From: Alphaproteobacteria bacterium
GTDB lineage: Bacteria; Pseudomonadota; Alphaproteobacteria; GCA-2731375
Length of the DNA stretch: 64,000 nucleotides
Reading direction: 5' to 3'
NCBI GenBank assembly: GCA_965232515.1
Contig: CBDDPY010000002.1
Coordinates: 2,816,001-2,880,000, forward strand
The position numbers and the translations under genes were made by a program. Shown here one piece after another: positions 58,094 through 64,000 of the stretch. The notes below the pieces were generated by a model that did not search any database, was not told the DNA's origin, and saw only the letters and a program-made list of their open reading frames with translations. The first letter of the stretch is position 1. Each line of letters opens with the position of its first letter.

Positions 58094-60217
58094 TCATTTC
58101 GTAGTCGCGACAAAGGCGCGGTCCCAATTGGCGGGCGGCGGCTCGGCCAGATAGTGCCGGCAGCGTTCGACATACATGGCCGCCGCCTCGTCATCGCCAG
58201 CCAGGCGTTGGAAGGCCGCGATGGCGTCGGCGAAGCGGCGCCGGTAGTAGAGTGCCAGCGCCGAATGGAAGGCGCGCACGCCGCTTAACCGGTTGTCGCC
58301 GACCTCGGCGCGACGCCCCACCACCTCGTAGACCTTGACCGGCTGGGTCCGGCCCTTGACCACCAGGCGATCTAGGCGGCGCAACACGAACTCGTCACCC
58401 AGTTTGCGGGCCGTCTCCTCGCCGACCATCAGCAGGCTGCCGTAGGTCTTGTTCGCGCCCTCGAGCCGGGCCGCCAAGTTTACGGTGTCGCCGGTTACCG
58501 TGTAGTTGAAGCGCGCGGTCGAGCCCATGTTGCCGACCACGGCCGCGCCGGTGTTGATGCCGATGCGGGTGCCGATATCCGGCAGGCCGTACTTGCCGCG
58601 CACGATATCGCGGTTGAAGTCATCGAGCGCGGCGAGGCAGTCGACGGCGGCGCCGACGGCGTGCCGCTCGGCCTCGGCATCGGGCAGCGGCGCGCCCCAG
58701 ACCGCCATCACCGCGTCGCCGATGAACTTGTCGATATAGCCGCCATGGCGCTCGACGATCTCGGTCACGGTGGTGAAGTATTCGTTGACTACCTCGACCA
58801 GCAGCTCCGGCGTGTCGCGCAAGCGCTCGCTGATGCCCGTATAGCCGACGATATCGGAGAACCAGATCGTCACCCGGCGGCTTTCGCCGCCGAGCTTCAG
58901 GCTGTCGGCATCGTCCGCCAGCCGGTCGACCAGGCTCGGCGCCAGATAATGCCGGAAGGCGTGCTGAATGCGGCGCTTGGCCTTGTCCTCGACGACGAAG
59001 CGGAAGGCATAGACAATGGTATAGGCAACGATGGCGGCCAGCAGGATGGCGCCGATCGGCAAGACCACGCCGGACCGGAAGGCGAGCAAGGCGGCAATGC
59101 CTTCCGCGGCCAGCGTCGCGGCGCCAGCCACGAGGCCGGTCATCGGCGGCAGCAGGAAGAACAGCAGCGCCAACCCCGAGGCCCCGGCCGCGACCAATGC
59201 GAAGACCCCAACGGCCGGCAACAGCGTCAATGCGTTGTCCTTGGCCATGGTGTTGACCGCCGCCGCATGCACATAAATGCCCGGGATCGAGCGGCGGTCG
59301 GCGACGGCGCCGAAGCGATCGGCGTCGAACGGCAGGACGCAGCGCGCCGGCCCGCCGTTGTCGCGCGAAATGGCGAAACGTTTGGCCGGCACCCGCCGGT
59401 CCTCAAGGTCCAGCGCCGAACCGATGATGACGATGCGGTCGCCGAAATGTTCGGCGAAAAAGGCGTCGCGCCCCGTCTCTCGGCAGGCGTGCAGGTCGGC
59501 GAGGCTGTAGGTCGGCACGTCGCCGGCCCCGGTGTTGTAGTTGATCAGGAATTCGCCGTCCGGCAGCGGGAATCCGGCGCGCCGCGCCAGTTCGGCCGCG
59601 AAGGTCGTGACCGCACCGCCGGCCTCGGTCGGCACGGTCGGCCGATAGCGCCGCACCACCTCGTCCGCATCCAGCACCAGATTGAGCGACTTGACGTTCG
59701 ATGGACCGCCCGCGGCCCGTATCTGGCCCAGGTAGGGCCGAATGGTCTGTTGCGACAACCGGGTCTCGCCCAGGATCAGACGACCGGCCCTACCGGCGCG
59801 GAAAAAGCTCTTGAGCAACGGTTTGTCATAGCCCGGCAGCAGGCCCCGCCGGTCCAGGCTGGTTGGATAGATCAGGTCAAGTCCGATGACCCGAGCGCCC
59901 GCTTTATCGATGGAATCGATGATCTCGGCCAGGAGCGGCGTCCAGGCCACCTTCGGCGTGTCGATGAACGGCGGCGTGCGGTAGGTCTCCTCATCGATGA
60001 CCACGGCGACGACGGCGGAATCAGACGGTGGAAACAGGGGGCCTTCGGTCTGGTGCCGGGCGGCGATCAGTGCGTCGATGCCCATTCGATGCAGCAATCT
60101 GGCGTCCGGCCAGATGGCGATGGCGCCCAGGACCAGCCCCAGACAACCCGCGATGAGCAGCCGCCGCGACCAGTTCCCGCGGCCAAAGGCCGGTTTCGCG
60201 CGCGTCGTGCCCGCCAC
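58094..60217 (-). CDS. CHASE2-domain transmembrane adenylate cyclase
   Basis: CHASE2 motifs (VVIDE, IGLDL, DADEVVRR, PGIYVHA), three TM helices, FSDIVGYT, DKFIGDA and YTVTGDTVNLAARLEG. Confidence 0.93.
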   Translation of the reverse strand: MAGTTRAKPAFGRGNWSRRLLIAGCLGLVLGAIAIWPDARLLHRMGIDALIAARHQTEGPLFPPSDSAVVAVVIDEETYRTPPFIDTPKVAWTPLLAEIIDSIDKAGARVIGLDLIYPTSLDRRGLLPGYDKPLLKSFFRAGRAGRLILGETRLSQQTIRPYLGQIRAAGGPSNVKSLNLVLDADEVVRRYRPTVPTEAGGAVTTFAAELARRAGFPLPDGEFLINYNTGAGDVPTYSLADLHACRETGRDAFFAEHFGDRIVIIGSALDLEDRRVPAKRFAISRDNGGPARCVLPFDADRFGAVADRRSIPGIYVHAAAVNTMAKDNALTLLPAVGVFALVAAGASGLALLFFLLPPMTGLVAGAATLAAEGIAALLAFRSGVVLPIGAILLAAIVAYTIVYAFRFVVEDKAKRRIQHAFRHYLAPSLVDRLADDADSLKLGGESRRVTIWFSDIVGYTGISERLRDTPELLVEVVNEYFTTVTEIVERHGGYIDKFIGDAVMAVWGAPLPDAEAERHAVGAAVDCLAALDDFNRDIVRGKYGLPDIGTRIGINTGAAVVGNMGSTARFNYTVTGDTVNLAARLEGANKTYGSLLMVGEETARKLGDEFVLRRLDRLVVKGRTQPVKVYEVVGRRAEVGDNRLSGVRAFHSALALYYRRRFADAIAAFQRLAGDDEAAAMYVERCRHYLAEPPPANWDRAFVATTK

Positions 60218-60235
60218 GGGTGCCTACGCGGCCGG

Positions 60236-61066
60236 TCAACGACTGACCGGCACCACCCGGCTGAGCGCCGTATTCGGCCCTTCCAGGTCCGGGTCGATCG
60301 AGAACAGGGCTTCCAGCGCGGCACTGCCGGCCATCGCAACATTGACCTGGTAGGGCCACCCGATTTCCAGTGCCGGCGCATCGGCGGGATATTCAACCCG
60401 GTCGCCGTCGACGCTGGCCTGCCAGATGACCTGCGGCGGCTCCTGGTCCATGTCGATAACGGAGACCGTGGCGGCGCCGCCGGTCGAGGTCCATTTAAAA
60501 GTCGGTCGCGCGACCTTGACCGTCCATTCCGACCAGTCCTGACCCGAGAACGGTGTGTCCTTTTGGACCCGCGTCACGGCCGCGCCGGCTTCCGCGCCGC
60601 CCTCGCCGGACGCAGCGGCAACGACGATCTGATCGCCCTGGCAGGCTACCTTCTCCATGCTGACCCTGCCGCCATCGACGGCGCTGGCACCGCGCTCGAC
60701 CGTGACCCGGCCGCCCTGGATGGTCTCCAGCATGCAGGAATCGAAGTAGGACAGGATCAGTGTGCCCTTGCTGCCGAGGTCGATGGTTTGCCCCGGAAAC
60801 ACGTAGTCGAGGAAGGACACGCCGGCGTCGGGCGCGCTCTTCACATCCTCGACCAACGCCGCGGCGCCGTCGCCGCCGACGGCACCGCCGCCGCCCGACT
60901 GCAGGCCCATGCGGCCGCTGTTGTCCTGATCCTGAGATTGATTGCCCTTGGTCGCGCCCTTCAGGAGGCTCTCGAAGAGATTCTGGGCGTTCACGGGCGC
61001 CGGTCCGCCCGCCGCCATGGCAAGACACAACAAGCCGGCAACCATTGGAATGCGGTGCGTTCGCAT
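60236..61066 (-). CDS. Secreted hypothetical protein (FecR-like/beta-sandwich by inference)
   Basis: Signal peptide, a beta-rich N-domain with a Cys pair and an RPTFKW..LEIGWPYQV C-domain. Confidence 0.78.
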   Translation of the reverse strand: MRTHRIPMVAGLLCLAMAAGGPAPVNAQNLFESLLKGATKGNQSQDQDNSGRMGLQSGGGGAVGGDGAAALVEDVKSAPDAGVSFLDYVFPGQTIDLGSKGTLILSYFDSCMLETIQGGRVTVERGASAVDGGRVSMEKVACQGDQIVVAAASGEGGAEAGAAVTRVQKDTPFSGQDWSEWTVKVARPTFKWTSTGGAATVSVIDMDQEPPQVIWQASVDGDRVEYPADAPALEIGWPYQVNVAMAGSAALEALFSIDPDLEGPNTALSRVVPVSR

Positions 61067-61199
61067 CTCTTTTCCCCTCTTCCCGCCGGTCGTCTGTCGC
61101 CAAACGACATTTGCGCGTCAAATGTTAGCAAATTCCTAACGCGAGCGCCGACGGCCGTCGGTGATCCGCGTCACGATCCCGCGAGTTTCGTTACTCGAC

Positions 61200-61228
61200 A
61201 AAAAAACGGGGGCGCCGAAGCGCCCCCG
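61200..61228 (-). terminator. Intrinsic terminator of the thiolase operon
   Basis: Minus strand reads cgggggcgc-TTCG-gcgcccccg-TTTTTTT (9-bp stem, UUCG tetraloop, U7). Confidence 0.9.
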
Positions 61229-61254
61229 CGTTAACGATATCCGGTTGCTTGTTT

Positions 61255-61338
61255 GTCATGCCCGGACTTGATCCGGGCATCCAGGAGCACGGCCTAACCG
61301 CCCGTCACCTGGATTGCCGGGTCAAGCCCGGCAATGAC
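61255..61338. repeat. Alphaproteobacterial REP-like palindromic element
   Basis: GTCATGCCCGGACTTGATCCGGGCATCCA...TGGATTGCCGGGTCAAGCCCGGCAATGAC, two arms each with an internal hairpin. Confidence 0.82.
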
Positions 61339-61354
61339 GACAGGCCGTGGCGAT

Positions 61355-62557
61355 TTACCCGTCGTAGCGGCCGACGATGGAGATCGACGAGACGTTCTGG
61401 TGCGGGAAGCCGCCCAGATTGTGGGTCATGCCGTGCGTGGGATTCTCGAGCTGGCGGTCGCCGGCCCGGCCCAGGATCTGGCTGTACATCTCGTAGAGCA
61501 TGCGCAGGCCCGAGGCGCCGATCGGATGGCCGAAGCACTTCAGGCCGCCGTCGATCTGGCAGGGGATCTGGCCGTCGGCGTTGTAGAAGCCGTCCAGCAC
61601 GTCGCGCCAGGCATTGCCCTCTTCCGACAAATACAGGTCTTCCATGGTCACGAGCTCGGTGATCGAGAAGCAGTCATGGCATTCGAACATGCTGATCTCG
61701 TCGCGCGGCTTCTCGATGCCCGCCTCCTTGTAGGCCCGCTCCGCCGCCTTGCGCGTGGTCATGAAGTAGCTGCCGTCCCAGGAATTGTGGCTGGCCTCGA
61801 CGCCATTCGAGACCGCGAGCTGCAACGCCTTCACCGAGACGAGGTCGGTCTTGCCCAGGCTCCGGGCGATCTCCGGCGTGGTGACGATGGCCGCCGCCGC
61901 GCCGTCCGACACGCCGCAGCAATCGAACAGGCCGAGCGGCTCGGCGATCATCGGCGCGTTCAGCACGGTGTCGATGTCGATTTCCTTGCGCAAGTGCGCG
62001 CGCGGGTTCTTGGCGCCGTTGGCGTGGCTCTTGACCGAGATCTGCGCCATGGCGCGCTTCAGCTCATCGGCATCGACGCCGTGCTTCTCGCGGTAGGCGC
62101 TGGCGAGCTGGGCGAAGCTGCCGGGCGCCGACGCGTTGGCCCAGTACATGGACTGCAGCACGCCGCGGTTACGCTGCGGCAGACCGCCGTAGCCGGTGTC
62201 TTTCAGCTTCTCGACGCCGGCGGCGAGCGCGATATCGGCCGCGCCGGAAGCGACGGCGTAGACGGCGCCGCGAAACGACTCGGTGCCGCTGGCGCAGTAG
62301 TTCTCGACCCGGGTGACCGGGATGTACGGCAGGCGGAGCGCCACCGACAGCGGCACGCCCGACTTGCCGACATGCGCTTCCTCGATGGCGGTCGAGAACC
62401 AAGCGGCGTCGATCTGACTGGTCTCGATGCCGGCGTCCTCGAGGCATTCCTCGTAGGCCTCGACGATCAGGTCCTCGGCCTCCATGTCCCAGCGCTCGCC
62501 GAACTTCGAGCAGCCCATGCCGAGAATGGCGACCTTATCCTTGATACCGCTTGCCAT
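61355..62557 (-). CDS. SCP-x type thiolase / acetyl-CoA acetyltransferase
   Basis: VENYCASG catalytic Cys, ECHDCF, GGLKCFGHPIGASG and HNLGG. Confidence 0.93.
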   Translation of the reverse strand: MASGIKDKVAILGMGCSKFGERWDMEAEDLIVEAYEECLEDAGIETSQIDAAWFSTAIEEAHVGKSGVPLSVALRLPYIPVTRVENYCASGTESFRGAVYAVASGAADIALAAGVEKLKDTGYGGLPQRNRGVLQSMYWANASAPGSFAQLASAYREKHGVDADELKRAMAQISVKSHANGAKNPRAHLRKEIDIDTVLNAPMIAEPLGLFDCCGVSDGAAAAIVTTPEIARSLGKTDLVSVKALQLAVSNGVEASHNSWDGSYFMTTRKAAERAYKEAGIEKPRDEISMFECHDCFSITELVTMEDLYLSEEGNAWRDVLDGFYNADGQIPCQIDGGLKCFGHPIGASGLRMLYEMYSQILGRAGDRQLENPTHGMTHNLGGFPHQNVSSISIVGRYDG

Positions 62558-62619
62558 GATGTCTCTCTCCTATCGCTGGCGCCTGTCGGCACGCCTGTCT
62601 GTGGTCTCTAGGGTCGGAT

Positions 62620-64000
62620 CTACTGACGGGTATGGTCAGGCGCGGCCTTCCAGAAGTATTTGGTAAAGCCGCGCTGCTCGTCGTGCTCCTTGATGCGGAA
62701 GACCATGCGCATCGGCATGCCGACGTCGACGCCGCCGACGTCCACGTCGGTCAAGTCTGCCATAAGCCGGCCGCCCTCTTCAAACACCACCATGCCGAAA
62801 TGCTGCGGCGGATCGGGTGTGTAGGTCAGGTTGTCGGCGGTCCAGCTCTGGACCTTGGCCGGAATGTTGGCGAAGGGGTGATCCTCCTGCGTGCGGAAGG
62901 CGCCGCAGTTCGGATTCACGCAAACGTTCGATTTCGGATACTGCACCGTGCCGCAGCGGCCGCACTTGCCGCCGACAAAGCCGGTCAGCATGTCCTTCTT
63001 GCGGTAGAGCGTCGACAGTGCGGTCTGCTTATCGAGTTCGGCGCGGATGCCGCGGTCCTGCGTCACCAGATGATTGAACGACAGGTAGCGGTTGTAGTTG
63101 GTCTCTTCCTTGCGGCGGGCGAGGAAACCCTTCACGCCCTGGCGGCCGCTGAAGCCGGCGAGCGCGTCCGTCGTGCGGAACAGAAGCGCGTCGCAGCCCT
63201 GGCCCCAGCCCAGCAGCAGCACGGTCTGGCCGGGCTTCGCGTCCTGCAGCGCGTCGACCAGCATGATCAGCGCGTGCGCCGTGCCACTCTCGCCCATGAC
63301 GCCATGCAGGTTGTCGCGCACGGCGGTATCGGGGATGCCGGCCTTCTTGGCGACGCGGCCCGGCACCGGGCGCATCACCGTCGGCATCACGAAATGGTCG
63401 ATGTCGCCGGGCTTGATGTCGGTCTTGGCGAACAGGCCGTCCAGCGCGCGCGGCACGATCTTGAAATAGCCCTCGTCGCGGATCCAGCGCTCTTCCCAAT
63501 TGTAGTCGAAGTCTTCGTTGCCGCCGCGGTAATGGTCGACGAAGTCGGTGGCGACCTGATGCGCGGCGACGAACTCGGCAATGACGCCGTCGCTGCCGAG
63601 TGTCAGCGCCGCGGCGCCGTCGCCGTAGAGCAGCTCGTGCGTGCCGGACGACTTGGTGCGCCGCTTTTCGGTCGCGACATAAAGCGTCTGGCCGCCCTGG
63701 CCGGCGAGCGCGTTCAGCGCGTTGATCAGGCCCGAGGTGCTGGCCCGCTGCGAGGCGGTGACGTCCATCGTCATCATGTCCTCGCCCAGGTTCAGCGCGG
63801 TCGCCAGCACGCCGGCGTTCTGGCGGTCCTGGAACGGCAGCGTGGTGGAGGCGAGATAGATCGCCTTCAGGTCGGCGGGCGCGTCGCCGGCAAAGCAGTC
63901 GCGGCCGGCCTCGACGGCCATGGTCAGGCTGTCCTCGTCCCAGTTGCAGATCGAACGCTCGCCCTTGGCCAGGCCCCTGATGCCCGGATTGAACCAGGAA
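62620..64000 (-). CDS. HMG-CoA-synthase-like domain fused to a DUF35 Zn-ribbon/OB-fold (5' end outside the window)
   Basis: ERSICNWDEDSLTMAVEA, GDGAAA and a C-terminal CGRC..CVNPNC followed by an OB-fold ending YFWKAAP. Confidence 0.88.
   Translation of the reverse strand, partial: SWFNPGIRGLAKGERSICNWDEDSLTMAVEAGRDCFAGDAPADLKAIYLASTTLPFQDRQNAGVLATALNLGEDMMTMDVTASQRASTSGLINALNALAGQGGQTLYVATEKRRTKSSGTHELLYGDGAAALTLGSDGVIAEFVAAHQVATDFVDHYRGGNEDFDYNWEERWIRDEGYFKIVPRALDGLFAKTDIKPGDIDHFVMPTVMRPVPGRVAKKAGIPDTAVRDNLHGVMGESGTAHALIMLVDALQDAKPGQTVLLLGWGQGCDALLFRTTDALAGFSGRQGVKGFLARRKEETNYNRYLSFNHLVTQDRGIRAELDKQTALSTLYRKKDMLTGFVGGKCGRCGTVQYPKSNVCVNPNCGAFRTQEDHPFANIPAKVQSWTADNLTYTPDPPQHFGMVVFEEGGRLMADLTDVDVGGVDVGMPMRMVFRIKEHDEQRGFTKYFWKAAPDHTRQ

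Noticed and set aside
1-64000. CRISPR array, tRNA (including tRNA-Sec), rRNA, transposase, integrase or defence genes
   Set aside because: No regularly spaced direct repeats, cloverleaf or corresponding protein motifs were seen by eye.

Overview
GC-rich, gene-dense chromosomal window. The codon style, a perfect CtrA box and alphaproteobacterial REP-like repeats point to an Alphaproteobacterium (Rhodospirillales-like by inference). It is mostly catabolic, transport and signalling genes. These include an enolase/2-hydroxyacid dehydrogenase block; a small AT-rich signalling island (PAS-like protein, GNAT-like protein, atypical FixJ-type regulator); an orphan Mo-hydroxylase large subunit; hutU and hutH separated by an 11.5 kb block with two membrane di-iron 'desaturases', a signal-less PhnD-fold protein, a flavin oxidoreductase and a peptide-type ABC importer; a beta-oxidation-like cluster; a second peptide-type ABC operon; a truncated globin-adenylate cyclase pair; cfa; a MarR-RND efflux locus; a CHASE2 cyclase module; and a thiolase with an HMGS-like/OB-fold partner. 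The standout is a gene the ORF track splits (40547-41308). It has an in-frame UGA at the first position of a glutaredoxin-type U-T-S-C motif, a SECIS-like hairpin about 11 nt downstream and a fused DinB-type domain. This is a probable selenoprotein placed between an ABC importer and an amidohydrolase. I saw no rRNA, tRNA, CRISPR array or transposase. All functional calls come from motif recognition by eye, not from database searches.
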